DNA of 64,000 nucleotides, taken from assembly GCA_964620555.1 (NCBI GenBank), contig CAZUGZ010000001.1, positions 13,667 through 77,666 on the forward strand, read 5' to 3'. Source of the DNA: an uncultured Alteromonadaceae bacterium. Its GTDB lineage: Bacteria > Pseudomonadota > Gammaproteobacteria > Pseudomonadales > Halieaceae. Below the pieces are notes generated by a model, which was given only the letters and a program-made list of their open reading frames with translations, did no database searches and was not told the origin of the DNA. Both the position numbers and the translations under genes were made by a program. Shown here one piece after another: positions 26,766-36,379 of this stretch (position 1 is the first letter of the stretch; every line of letters begins with the position of its first letter).

Positions 26766-27829
26766 TCCGGGCCGGTTCCGGGCCGGCGCAACAGGTACAT
26801 CAATACCAGGAATATGAAGGCATAGGCGGACCACAATCCGGGAACCGTCGGTATGCGGCCCTGTTCGATAAAGGTTCGGGTGACGCTGGTGAGGCCGAAC
26901 AGGACCACGTAGAGAGCACTGGCCATAAAAAAACAACGCAATCGGGAATCTCCCGGGTTCGAGCGGCCCAGCGGCACCGCTACCAGGGCCAGCAGCAGGG
27001 TGGCCAGCGGCGTGGACAGGCGCCATTGATATTCGGCTATGTCCTTGGCCTGGTCGGATTGGCCCAGTTGCGCGGTAGTTTCCGCCTTGCGCCGGTAGTT
27101 GACCAGATCCTCGTCGTGTTCCATGTCAATTGTCAGATGGTCGAAACGAACGGTGATGTCCCGGGATGCCCGCCGATCCAGAAGGTAGTGATAACCGCGA
27201 TAAAAATGCGCGGTGAGCGCTGCTCCGGGGTTCAGTGCGGGCAGAGCGGCCTGCTCGGCAACGATGATTTCAGTACGCTGCTCGCGCGGGTGCTGCTGAT
27301 GCAGGAAGACGTTCTCGTGCAGGCCCTGTTCCAGGTCGATATCCTCGGCGATAAACAGGTAGTCGCTGTTGCCCATGTTAACGAATTTTCCGGTGGCCAT
27401 TTTTTTCAGGTCGAAGCGCGCCGCAGCTTCCGCCTCCAGGCGGTACATTTCGCGGTAGGCCCAGGGCCGGCCCTCGATGGAGATGAACCCGGTGATCACC
27501 GCCACCAGCAGCGAGAGCTGGAATACCGCTCCCAGTATGCGCCGGCGGCTGATTCCACAGGCGTGCAGAACATGCATTTCCGCGTCCCGGTGCAGCCTGC
27601 TGATGGCCGCCAGCACCGAAAAAAACAGTGCAGAGGGCATCAGAACCTCCAGGGTGACGAAGGTATTGAGGGCGACCAGGTTGAAGGCCGTGGCAAGATT
27701 CATTTGCCCCTGGGCGGCCAACTGAAGTTGCACCGTGGTCACGTAACCGACAAATATCAATACCAGCAAACCCAGGCCGCCGAGGAAGGGGCGCAGAATC
27801 TCGGCGTTGATATAGCGGTCGACAAGCAA
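26762..27829 (-). CDS. LptF-like permease (YjgP/YjgQ family)
   Basis: TTG start, 355 aa. (M)LVDRYINAEILRPFLGGLGLLVLIF, HACGIS (conserved LptF motif, compare E. coli MHACGLS), and a C-terminal three-TM bundle. Confidence 0.8.
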   Translation of the reverse strand: MLVDRYINAEILRPFLGGLGLLVLIFVGYVTTVQLQLAAQGQMNLATAFNLVALNTFVTLEVLMPSALFFSVLAAISRLHRDAEMHVLHACGISRRRILGAVFQLSLLVAVITGFISIEGRPWAYREMYRLEAEAAARFDLKKMATGKFVNMGNSDYLFIAEDIDLEQGLHENVFLHQQHPREQRTEIIVAEQAALPALNPGAALTAHFYRGYHYLLDRRASRDITVRFDHLTIDMEHDEDLVNYRRKAETTAQLGQSDQAKDIAEYQWRLSTPLATLLLALVAVPLGRSNPGDSRLRCFFMASALYVVLFGLTSVTRTFIEQGRIPTVPGLWSAYAFIFLVLMYLLRRPGTGPE

Positions 27830-27946
27830 AACCGGGCTCCCGGGGACAGCGCGTTTGCCGCCGATTGTAACACCACGGCGAAACTGGCCATTTTCCCGAC
27901 CTTGTCACATACTTTGCTCAACGCTGCAGCCCGAGCAGGACACTAC

Positions 27947-29059
27947 ATGTCACAGCCACACACCTGGATCATGGTCGGCGACAAACGCGGCGACAACGGC
28001 CAGGTGGAGACCATTGCCGCGGCCTTGCCCTGGTCCTGCGAGCACAGATACCTGCACATGAAGCCGCGCTACAGGCAGGGAAAGCCGCGCTTTTCCGCCT
28101 CTCTGCACCACCTGGACCGGGATCGTTCCGACCCGCTGCAGGCACCCTGGCCGGACCTGATACTGACCGTTGGCCGGCGACCCTCGATGGCGGCCCTGTG
28201 GGTGAAGCGACAGTCCGGGGGACACAGCAAGGTGGTGCTGGTGGGCAAGCCCACGGCGCGCATGCTGGATTTTGATCTGATCGTATGCAGTGCGGAAAAA
28301 CTCCTGCCGCCGATGCCCAACTGTCATCCCGTGACCCTGCCACTGATGCGGGTCGACGCCGGGGAGGTGGCGCAAGAGGCCGAACGCTGGCACCGGCGGC
28401 TGGCCGATCTGCCGCGCCCGCTGGTGGCCTTTTTCATCGGTGGCTCGACCAGCCCCTACGTCCTGAACCGGCGGGTGGCCCAGCGGCTGCTCGCCCTGGC
28501 CAGACAGGTATGCGAAGAACTGGGCGGTACCGCCTATGTGGTCAGCAGTCGGCGCACTTCTTCAGCGGTGTTGCAAACCCTGCGCCAGGATCTTCCCGCC
28601 GGGGCGCGCTTCTATCAGTGGTCCGAGCGCGGCGAAGACAACCCCTACCGGGCGCTGTTGGGACTGGCAGATGGTTTTGTGGTCACCGGTGACAGCATTT
28701 CGATGCTGGTGGAGGTGGTCTATCTGCGTCGTCCCCTGGCCATTTTCCCGCTGCCCTATGCTGCCCTGGGCCGCCTGGACCAGTACCGCCGCTCCTTCGC
28801 CCGCTGGCTGTTCAACCCGCGCCTGTCGTCCTCGGGCGACCGCCTGCGCCACCGCCTGGCGCGGCTCGTCTTTCACCTGGACGTTTTTACCCTGTTGTCT
28901 TCGACCCGCGATTTTCGGGCCTTTCACCAGTTGCTGGTGGACCGGCAACTGGCGGTCTGGAGTGGACAACCACTGTGTGAGCCCAGCGGTTCACTGCCCG
29001 AAGATGTTCCACTCGCCATCGAGCGGATTCAGGCCCTGTTCGGAGGCCGGTTTGACTGA
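27947..29059 (+). CDS. ELM1/DUF1022-family putative glycosyltransferase, paralogue 2
   Basis: Start MSQPHTWIMVGDKRGDNGQV. PWPDLILTVGRR, FFIGGSTSPY, VVSSRRTS, NPYRALLGLADGFVVTGDSISMLVE. The N-terminal 307 aa of the 677-aa track ORF are antisense to lptF and were discarded. Confidence 0.75.
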   Translation: MSQPHTWIMVGDKRGDNGQVETIAAALPWSCEHRYLHMKPRYRQGKPRFSASLHHLDRDRSDPLQAPWPDLILTVGRRPSMAALWVKRQSGGHSKVVLVGKPTARMLDFDLIVCSAEKLLPPMPNCHPVTLPLMRVDAGEVAQEAERWHRRLADLPRPLVAFFIGGSTSPYVLNRRVAQRLLALARQVCEELGGTAYVVSSRRTSSAVLQTLRQDLPAGARFYQWSERGEDNPYRALLGLADGFVVTGDSISMLVEVVYLRRPLAIFPLPYAALGRLDQYRRSFARWLFNPRLSSSGDRLRHRLARLVFHLDVFTLLSSTRDFRAFHQLLVDRQLAVWSGQPLCEPSGSLPEDVPLAIERIQALFGGRFD

Positions 29060-30143
29060 ACCTCGCGTCTGGCTGTTGTTGGGGCGCAAGGCGGGAGACA
29101 ATACCCAGGTGCGAGCGCTGGCAGCGGAACTGGGGTGGCCGTGGGAGGAAAAGCACCTGGTTGCCCGCCCCTGGGAATTGCTTCCCCACCTGCTGTTGGG
29201 CACTACGCTGGCGGGCATCGACCGGCGCGCCTCGAGTGCGCTGACGCCCCCCTGGCCCGACCTGGTGATCAGCGCCGGGCGCCGCAATGAACCGGTGGCG
29301 CGCTGGGTCCGGGCGCGCAGCCGGGGCCGCAGCCGCCTGGTACACGTCGGCAGACCCTGGGCCGAGCCGAAGAACTACGACCTGGTGGTCACCACCCCCC
29401 AGTATTTTCTGCCCGATGCTGCCAATATCCAGCGCAATCGCCTGCCATTGTACCGCTTGCAAAGCCGTCAACTGGAGGCGGCCGCGACCAGGCTGGAACC
29501 GCACTTGGCCGATTTGCCGCGTCCCTTCACCGCGCTGCTGGTAGGGGGCAGCAGCGGACCGAGCGTGTTCACCGGGGCCAAAGCGTGTCGCCTGGGACAA
29601 CTGGCCCAACGACTGATTGGCGAACTGGGGGGCTCCCTGCTGATCAGCAATAGTGCGCGGACCCCGCCGGCGGCCTGGCGGGCACTGCTCGCCCAGCTCT
29701 CGGTGCCGCGTTTTACCCACGATTACGGACAGGCGGGAGTCGACAACCCCTACCTGGGAATGCTGGGAATTGCCGATCGCTTTATCGTTACCGGCGACAG
29801 TGTGTCGATGCTGGCCGAAGCCTGCGCCATGGGCAAGCCATTGCACATCTTTGACCTGGAGGATCCTTCCGGGCCCTGGTGGCGTCACCGGCACAACTAC
29901 CGCTACCGACCCCTGGTTCATCACCTGGTCTCGGCCTGGGCGCCCCGGCGCCTGCGGCGGGACGTGAGTCGAATTCGCCAGGCCCTGCTGGAAGCCGGGC
30001 AGGCAGTGTGGCTGGGTCAGGACGAGACGGTATTGCGGCCCGCCGCCGGCCGCGAACCCGGGGAACTGGTGGCGACCGCCCGGCGGGTGCGGGAACTACT
30101 GTCCCGGGATGCCCCTTCGCCTAATCCGCCAGACGGTAATTGA
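29052..30143 (+). CDS. ELM1/DUF1022-family putative glycosyltransferase, paralogue 3
   Basis: TTG 29052 chosen by N-terminal alignment with the paralogues ((M)TEPRVWLLLGRKAGDNTQV). An alternative ATG is at 29004. PWPDLVISAGRRNE, HVGRPWAEPKNYDLVVTTPQY, LLVGGSSGP, NPYLGMLGIADRFIVTGDSVSMLAEACAMGKPLHIFDL. Overlaps paralogue 2 by 8 nt. Confidence 0.7.
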   Translation: MTEPRVWLLLGRKAGDNTQVRALAAELGWPWEEKHLVARPWELLPHLLLGTTLAGIDRRASSALTPPWPDLVISAGRRNEPVARWVRARSRGRSRLVHVGRPWAEPKNYDLVVTTPQYFLPDAANIQRNRLPLYRLQSRQLEAAATRLEPHLADLPRPFTALLVGGSSGPSVFTGAKACRLGQLAQRLIGELGGSLLISNSARTPPAAWRALLAQLSVPRFTHDYGQAGVDNPYLGMLGIADRFIVTGDSVSMLAEACAMGKPLHIFDLEDPSGPWWRHRHNYRYRPLVHHLVSAWAPRRLRRDVSRIRQALLEAGQAVWLGQDETVLRPAAGREPGELVATARRVRELLSRDAPSPNPPDGN

Positions 30144-32190
30144 GCACCACCCCGACGTAGAAATTTCGTTCCGGTGCGGGCTCGAAGTAGCGCCCGCCGA
30201 AGGCGTTGATGCGAATATTGCCGTGATAGCTTTGGTCGAACAGGTTATTGATGCCCGCATAGGGGCGGATACGCCAGCGGCCCGCTGCAAATTCCCGCGC
30301 CAGGCGGAAATTTGCGACCGAGTACGCCGACACCTCGGTGGTGTTGGCATTGTCTGCGTAGAGATCCCCGGAGTAACGGGCTTCCAGGGTTCCGCTGAAG
30401 CCGCTGTCGGACCGGTACGACAGACCGAGGTAGGCGAATCGTCGCGGCAGCCCGGGCAGCCGGTTGCCGCCGAAGTCGTTGCCGCCGTCGTCGACGAAGT
30501 CGTCGAAGTTGAAGTCGGACCAGGTCGCGGCAGCGTCAATGCGCAGTCCGTTGGCAAACTCCCACTGCAGCGCTGCCTCGATGCCATTGCGTGAGGAACT
30601 TCCGCTGTTGGAATAAAAGGTTCGCCCCGGGAACTCCGGCAACTCGAACGGAATCAGTTCCTCTTCGAGCTGGATAGTGAACCACGCCAGTTCGTAGTAG
30701 AGGGCGCCCCCGGTGTGCCGGTAGCCGATCTCGAAGTTGTCCGCGGTCTGCGCATCGAGTTGCGGATTGAAGCCGCCACCGGCATCGGGATTGGCCAGCT
30801 CCGTGGTGGTCGGCGTCTCGAATCCGCTGCTGTACGAAGCAAACAGAACGCCGTCGTCCATCCGGTAATTCAGGGCCACCGAAGGACTGGCCTGGTCGAA
30901 TTCGAGATCGCCCGAATCGTCGCCATTGGCCAGGAAACGGTCGCCGATGTCGTAGCGAATCCGGTCGTGGCGCAATCCCGCGAGAATGGCCCAGGCCGCG
31001 TCGAGTTGATAGCGTGCCTGCACATAGATACCGGTACTGTCGACTCGCTCGCGTTGCGCGAAGGCCAGGGCTCCCGGCTGGCCCTGGTCGTTGTCGAAAC
31101 GTTTTCGATTGTCGTCCTGCCGGTCGAGGTCCACGCCGAAGCTGAGGTGTAACGGCACGGCTGAACTTTCAGCGATGCTGTATTGCGCGCCGAAGCCATG
31201 GACGAATCGGTCGAGGTCCACGGAACCGCCCGCGACGAACGGCAGCCGGTTGGCAAACTCGCGCCAGGTGTAATAGGTGCGCAAGCGCAACTCGCCCGCG
31301 GGCCGCGAGCGCCGATAGACGACGCCGAATCTCTGCTGCTCCAGTGCCTCACCCCCGTCAAACTGCACATTGCGTTCCCGTGCCGAGGTTGGATCGGCGG
31401 CGGCCTGAGCGGCGGTAATGGCGCCGGGATCCTCTGCCTTTGGCTGGTCGCTGAGGTTGAGCGAGAAAATCAGTTCGTCCGCGGTGCCCAGGGGCACGCT
31501 CAGTTTCGAATTGACCACCCTGCCGCGGGCTTTGGAATGATCGCGGTAGCCGTCCAGCGCGCTGCGCGAGAGATTGACGAGGTAGTTCGCGGCACCGAGC
31601 TTGCCGGCGGATTTGAGCTGCGTTTGCGAATAGCCATGATCGCCGGTGGCGATTCGGCCCTCCAGGTAGGGCATGTCAGTCTCCAATTCGCTGGAAATCG
31701 CGATGACACCTCCCGCCGCATTGCCGTACAGCGACGCCGCCGGGCCGCGCAACACTTCAATGCTCTGGATCGAACCGATGTCGATGCTGTCCACGCCGGC
31801 CTGACCGTCGGGAAGAGTTTCCGGAATGCCATCGACCAGAATCCTGATGCCGCGAATGCCAAAACTCGAACGAGCGCCGAAGCCACGCAGCGAAATTCGC
31901 AAATCCTGGGCAAAGTTGTAGCCATTTTGCAGGTAGAGGCCGGGAACACCGGCCAGGGCTTCCTGGAGCCCCAGTTGCTGCGTATCCAGTTGGATGCGGT
32001 CTTTGTCGATGATGGATACCGAACGCGCGACGTCGCGCACGGAGGATTCCATTCGCGTTGCGGTGATCACGATTTCGTCTACTGGCGCGCCGTTCGCAAG
32101 CTGTGCCGAACCGGGTGAGACCCCCAGCAAAAGCGTGAGCATCGGCGCCAGCCATGCTGAAACTCCCGCGCCAACGTTTCTGGAGCGCAT
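30121..32190 (-). CDS. TonB-dependent outer-membrane receptor
   Basis: Start MRSRNVGAG with a signal peptide. Plug domain (EIVITATRMESSVRDVARSVSIIDKDRI, IEVLRGPAASLYGNAAGGVIAISS) and a long beta-barrel ending ...FYVGVVLNYRLAD. Confidence 0.85.
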   Translation of the reverse strand: MRSRNVGAGVSAWLAPMLTLLLGVSPGSAQLANGAPVDEIVITATRMESSVRDVARSVSIIDKDRIQLDTQQLGLQEALAGVPGLYLQNGYNFAQDLRISLRGFGARSSFGIRGIRILVDGIPETLPDGQAGVDSIDIGSIQSIEVLRGPAASLYGNAAGGVIAISSELETDMPYLEGRIATGDHGYSQTQLKSAGKLGAANYLVNLSRSALDGYRDHSKARGRVVNSKLSVPLGTADELIFSLNLSDQPKAEDPGAITAAQAAADPTSARERNVQFDGGEALEQQRFGVVYRRSRPAGELRLRTYYTWREFANRLPFVAGGSVDLDRFVHGFGAQYSIAESSAVPLHLSFGVDLDRQDDNRKRFDNDQGQPGALAFAQRERVDSTGIYVQARYQLDAAWAILAGLRHDRIRYDIGDRFLANGDDSGDLEFDQASPSVALNYRMDDGVLFASYSSGFETPTTTELANPDAGGGFNPQLDAQTADNFEIGYRHTGGALYYELAWFTIQLEEELIPFELPEFPGRTFYSNSGSSSRNGIEAALQWEFANGLRIDAAATWSDFNFDDFVDDGGNDFGGNRLPGLPRRFAYLGLSYRSDSGFSGTLEARYSGDLYADNANTTEVSAYSVANFRLAREFAAGRWRIRPYAGINNLFDQSYHGNIRINAFGGRYFEPAPERNFYVGVVLNYRLAD

Positions 32191-32329
32191 TGATTCCCCT
32201 GGCTGGAACAGCAGTGTGGTGTTGGCAGCCGCGCGGATGATACCGCAATTGATCAGGTGATTCAGGTCAGACTGTGCTACCGTGATCGCCCTCAGCGGAT
32301 CTGTCCACCATGCCGGGGAGAAGGAGCCG

Positions 32330-33616
32330 ATGCCCTTGGGCAATGCCACGACCAGGCGGGGTCTCGAGACCACGACGGATTACCAAAACCCCCATCGCCC
32401 GCTTCCGGTCAGGGTCTTCAACCGTATCGGAAGGTCGTGGAATGACCCGGGAGTGTTTGCCGCTCCGGGCACGGGGCGACTCCTGGACGATGCCCGAAGA
32501 AAGACCGGCCTTTTGGATTTCGGTGACGACGGTCACTTTGAGGCCCTGCAGGTTCTGCTGCAGTCCATCGGGGACGAAGCCGAGTTGACTGCAACGGGCC
32601 GGCTCATACAGAGAAACCGCCTCTCCGGCGCACTCGCCTGTCGGCTGAGGATCGAGCACCTGCTGAACAAACATCCCGAAATTCTTGACGTCGATCTCGG
32701 CTCGGTCATCGTGATTACCGGATTGCAGCGCACCGGCACCACGCTGCTGCACCGTCTGCTGCATTGCAACCCGGATATTCGCGGTGTTTCGGGTGAGGAA
32801 GCGCTCGATCCGGTGCCGGCGGGCGGGGCGGCAGGCCGGATGGCCGCGGGCCGCAGACGGCGTGCGCTGCTGGCCCAGCGGGCCATTGCCTACCTGTCAC
32901 CACAATTCATGAAAGTCCATCCCATCGACCACGGCGAACCGGAGGAAGACGTCCTGTTGCTCGATTTGAATTTCATGAGTCAGGCACCGGAAGCAACCAT
33001 GCATGTACCAACCTACTCCCGCTGGCTTGAGCAACAGGACCATACCCGCAACTACGAATATTTTCGGAAAATCCTGAAGATCCTCTGCTGGCAACGTCCT
33101 GCCGGCCGGTGGGTACTCAAGACGCCACACCACATGGAATATCTGGACGCACTACTGAAAGTTTTTCCCGAAGCCACAATTGTGCAAACCCACCGTGACC
33201 CGCAAATGGCGCTGCCGTCCTTCTGCAGCATGGTTGCCCACAGCCGCGCCATCTTCAGCGATCGGGTCGATCCCGTGGAAATTGGTGATCATTGGTGCCG
33301 AAAGACCCGCAGGATGGTCGAGCTGACTATGGAGACCCGGGCCGCAGCCGATTCCGAACGATTTGTCGATGTCTCCTACCACCACCTGTTGGATGATCCG
33401 ATGGCACAGCTCAGGCGCATCTACGATCGGATCGGGTTAGAATTTGACCATGAAGCCGAGCGAATCGCCCGGCAGTACCTGAAGAAAAATCCAAAAAATC
33501 GCTATGGCAAACACACCTATCGACTGAGCGATTTCGGATTGAACGGGGAAGTCGTCGAAAGACAGTTTGCGGATTATCGGGCGCAGCATGCCATTCCGTT
33601 TGAACGGTCAGGTTGA
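32330..33616 (+). CDS. P-loop sulfotransferase family protein
   Basis: ATG preceded by GGAGAAGGAG (an alternative GTG is at 32282). 5'-PSB motif ITGLQRTGTTLLHRLL. LKTPHHMEYLDALLKVFPEATIVQTHRDP (3'-PB region). Confidence 0.7.
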   Translation: MPLGNATTRRGLETTTDYQNPHRPLPVRVFNRIGRSWNDPGVFAAPGTGRLLDDARRKTGLLDFGDDGHFEALQVLLQSIGDEAELTATGRLIQRNRLSGALACRLRIEHLLNKHPEILDVDLGSVIVITGLQRTGTTLLHRLLHCNPDIRGVSGEEALDPVPAGGAAGRMAAGRRRRALLAQRAIAYLSPQFMKVHPIDHGEPEEDVLLLDLNFMSQAPEATMHVPTYSRWLEQQDHTRNYEYFRKILKILCWQRPAGRWVLKTPHHMEYLDALLKVFPEATIVQTHRDPQMALPSFCSMVAHSRAIFSDRVDPVEIGDHWCRKTRRMVELTMETRAAADSERFVDVSYHHLLDDPMAQLRRIYDRIGLEFDHEAERIARQYLKKNPKNRYGKHTYRLSDFGLNGEVVERQFADYRAQHAIPFERSG

Positions 33617-33651
33617 GATGGCAGCGGCGCGGGACAAACTGGGGTGAAGCG

Positions 33652-34680
33652 ATGTCTGGCAGAAGCAGACAAACCAGAGCGGTAGGCGATGGTACCGTAG
33701 CCAACGCCCTGTTCACTGCGGTGCGGGAGCTCAGGCAACCCAAGATTTTGGACCTGGAACCCGTTGCCGCCGATGTGCGGATCGATGGCAGGACCTGTCT
33801 GGTCACGGGAGCCAGCAGCGGCCTGGGCCTGGCAGCGGCTGTTCAACTCGCGCGGCGGGGAGGGCGCGTTATCGTCGCCTGCCGGCCCGGACATTGCGGG
33901 ATCCGCGAAAGGATAATGCGCCTGTCCGGTTCCGATTCCGTGGAATCCATGGAGGTCGACCTCTCCGACACGGATTCTGTGCATCGATTTTGCGACCACT
34001 TGAAGGCGCGCAATGTCCGCCTCGACATCGCATTGCTGAACGCCGGTCTGGTGCCGCCCAGGGCGAGAAAGACGCGGCAGGGGTACGACGTGATGTTCGC
34101 GGTTCATTTCCTGTCTTCACGGATAATGATCGAGCGATGGCTGCGGGATAAGCTGATCGAACCTCCCGGCGGGAACGGGGAGATGCCTCGCATCGTCTTC
34201 GTCGCATCCGAATCGCATCGCTCCTCGCAGCAAATCGATTTCGACCGTCTCGGCGAGTTCACCGATTACCGGATAAAAGAGAGCATGAAATACTACGGCT
34301 TGAGCAAGCTGGTTCTGTGTACCTACGCAACCGAACTTTCCCGCCGTTTGAATCCGGACGGCAAGCCACGGGTTGCGGTTCACGCCCTGTGCCCCGGTGG
34401 TGTGGCCTCGAATATCGCCAGGGACGCGCCGCTGCTGTTGAAGCCGGTCATCAACCTGCTGTTGAGGTGTTTCCTGCAATCTCCCGAACAGGCCGTTGGC
34501 CCCGTGGTCTACCTGTGTTGCTCGGAGGAGGCCGGCCGCGCTACGGGAATGTACCTGCACCTCATGCAGCGGAAATCCGTATCGCCGGCAGCATCGGATC
34601 CGGAAAACGGAACCAGGTTATGGGAAGCCAGTGAGCGCCTGGTGGAAATTTCAGGATTACCGCCCGACGGCGGCTCCTGA
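33652..34680 (+). CDS. Short-chain dehydrogenase/reductase (retinol-dehydrogenase-like)
   Basis: CLVTGASSGLGLAAAVQLARRG, LLNAGL, YYGLSKL (Y-x3-K). Start uncertain (33613 or 33652). Confidence 0.75.
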   Translation: MSGRSRQTRAVGDGTVANALFTAVRELRQPKILDLEPVAADVRIDGRTCLVTGASSGLGLAAAVQLARRGGRVIVACRPGHCGIRERIMRLSGSDSVESMEVDLSDTDSVHRFCDHLKARNVRLDIALLNAGLVPPRARKTRQGYDVMFAVHFLSSRIMIERWLRDKLIEPPGGNGEMPRIVFVASESHRSSQQIDFDRLGEFTDYRIKESMKYYGLSKLVLCTYATELSRRLNPDGKPRVAVHALCPGGVASNIARDAPLLLKPVINLLLRCFLQSPEQAVGPVVYLCCSEEAGRATGMYLHLMQRKSVSPAASDPENGTRLWEASERLVEISGLPPDGGS

Positions 34681-34792
34681 GCGATGACGAAGAAGGGGAC
34701 GGAATGACGAAGAAGGGGGGTGTGATCGAAATTCGCCAACGCTGCCTCGCTCGCTTACCATACCGGCATCCAGGGTAAGGGCGGAGTGATCG

Positions 34793-36379
34793 ATGAGTAA
34801 ACAGTACGACATCGTCGTGGTCGGCGGCGGCAGCAACAGCCTGGTGGCGGCGGCCTATATGGCCAAGGCCGGCAACAGCGTGCTGGTGCTGGAGAAAAAC
34901 GACCAGTGTGGCGGCGGGGTAGTGTCCATCGAAATCGCCCCCGGCTTTATCAACGATCCCCACGCCAGCGGCTATTACGTTTGCGTGGCCAACCCGGCCG
35001 TTACCCACGACGAATTGGGGCTGTTTTCCCGACACGGGCTTGAGTTCAAGTACTGGAAGGCCGGCTTTGCCACCATCTTTGACGATGGAACCACGCTGAC
35101 CGCGTACTCGGACCTGGACAAGAGCTGCGAGGACATCGCCAAATTCTCCCACAAGGATGCGGAAACCTACCGCGCCTTCGCGGCGGACTGCGCGGAGCTC
35201 CTGCCCATCCTGACCCGGGGTTTTTCCACACCCCCTCTGCCCACCGGCAATTTCCTCAACATGCTGGAGGCCACGCCCCTGGGCCGCAAGCTCGCTGCCT
35301 CCCTGTTTACCAGCGCGTACGAGATAATCGATCACCTGTATGAGTCCCCCGAGCTGAAGATTCATATCATGAAGTGGTGCTCCGAGATGATGGAGAATCC
35401 CGAAATCAAGGGCACCGGTGTGGTGATGTACCAGTTGTTCGGGCTCGCCCACGCGTACGATGCGGCCATTCCCGTCGGTGGCTCCAAAGCCCTTAGCAAC
35501 GCCCTGCTGCGTTGTATCGAGCATCACGGCGGCGAGATCCGCACCGGGGCGGAGGTCACCAGCCTGAAGATACGCTCTGGTGACGTGGAAGGGGTTTACG
35601 TGGGCGACGAACTGATCGAGGCGAAAAAATCCGTGATCGCCAATATCCACCCCTGGCGGCTGAAGGACTTTATTCCTGAAGTCGACCCCGATGTTGCCGA
35701 AGCTGCGCGCCGCGTACACCTCAGTAATCACGGCGCGGTGAACCAGCAGTTCGCCCTCTCCGAGCGCCCGAAGCTGAAGGCCGGGCCCCAGTTCGATGAA
35801 TCACTGTGTGTGGAGTTCGTGGAGAAGGATGTGGAGGGTTGCCGGCGGGTGTTCGACGAGTATCGCTATGGCCATATCCCGAAACATCACCTGAGTCCGT
35901 TGACCATGATCAACAGCAATCTCGACCCTACGCGTGCTCCGGAGGGTCAGGCCACAATGTACCTGTACCATTTCGCCCCGTGTGTATTGGCCGATGGCGG
36001 CCTGGAGGCCTGGGCGCGGCCGGAAAACGGGCAGGCCTTCGCCGACGCGATCCTGGAGAACTACACGCAGTACACCACGAATATCGACAGTTCGAAGATT
36101 ATCGCCCGCCACATCGAGACGCCGTTGGAGCATCACCATCATTCCATGAACATGATGCATGGCGACATCTACGGTATCGGTACGACTTTCGGCCAGTTAC
36201 TGGGCCGCCGGCCGACACCGGAACTGTCGCAGTACAAGGTACCGGGCATATCCTCCCTGTACCTGGTGGGCCCCACGCAACACCCGGGCGGCACCGTGAC
36301 CCTGGGTGGCCGCGCTACCGCCATGCGCATGGCAATGGACTGGGGTATGGACCTCAAGTCCGTGTTCGAGGCCTACTGA
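34793..36379 (+). CDS. FAD/NAD(P)-dependent oxidoreductase, phytoene-desaturase (CrtI)-like family
   Basis: 528 aa. Dinucleotide fold YDIVVVGGGSNSLVAAAYMAKAGNSVLVLEKNDQCGG. C-terminal LYLVGPTQHPGGTV. Confidence 0.75.
   Translation: MSKQYDIVVVGGGSNSLVAAAYMAKAGNSVLVLEKNDQCGGGVVSIEIAPGFINDPHASGYYVCVANPAVTHDELGLFSRHGLEFKYWKAGFATIFDDGTTLTAYSDLDKSCEDIAKFSHKDAETYRAFAADCAELLPILTRGFSTPPLPTGNFLNMLEATPLGRKLAASLFTSAYEIIDHLYESPELKIHIMKWCSEMMENPEIKGTGVVMYQLFGLAHAYDAAIPVGGSKALSNALLRCIEHHGGEIRTGAEVTSLKIRSGDVEGVYVGDELIEAKKSVIANIHPWRLKDFIPEVDPDVAEAARRVHLSNHGAVNQQFALSERPKLKAGPQFDESLCVEFVEKDVEGCRRVFDEYRYGHIPKHHLSPLTMINSNLDPTRAPEGQATMYLYHFAPCVLADGGLEAWARPENGQAFADAILENYTQYTTNIDSSKIIARHIETPLEHHHHSMNMMHGDIYGIGTTFGQLLGRRPTPELSQYKVPGISSLYLVGPTQHPGGTVTLGGRATAMRMAMDWGMDLKSVFEAY

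Noticed and set aside
27026-27946. N-terminal 307 aa of the 677-aa plus-strand ORF
   Set aside because: Antisense to the LptF-like gene. Homology to the ELM1 paralogues begins only at MSQPHTW (27947).
32225-32243. Possible Fur box (gatgataccgcaattgatc) upstream of the TonB-dependent receptor
   Set aside because: Only about 9 of 19 positions match GATAATGATAATCATTATC when aligned by eye, which is not better than chance in this context.
34562-35731. 389-aa minus-strand ORF
   Set aside because: Antisense to the FAD oxidoreductase, which has a clear dinucleotide-binding fold.
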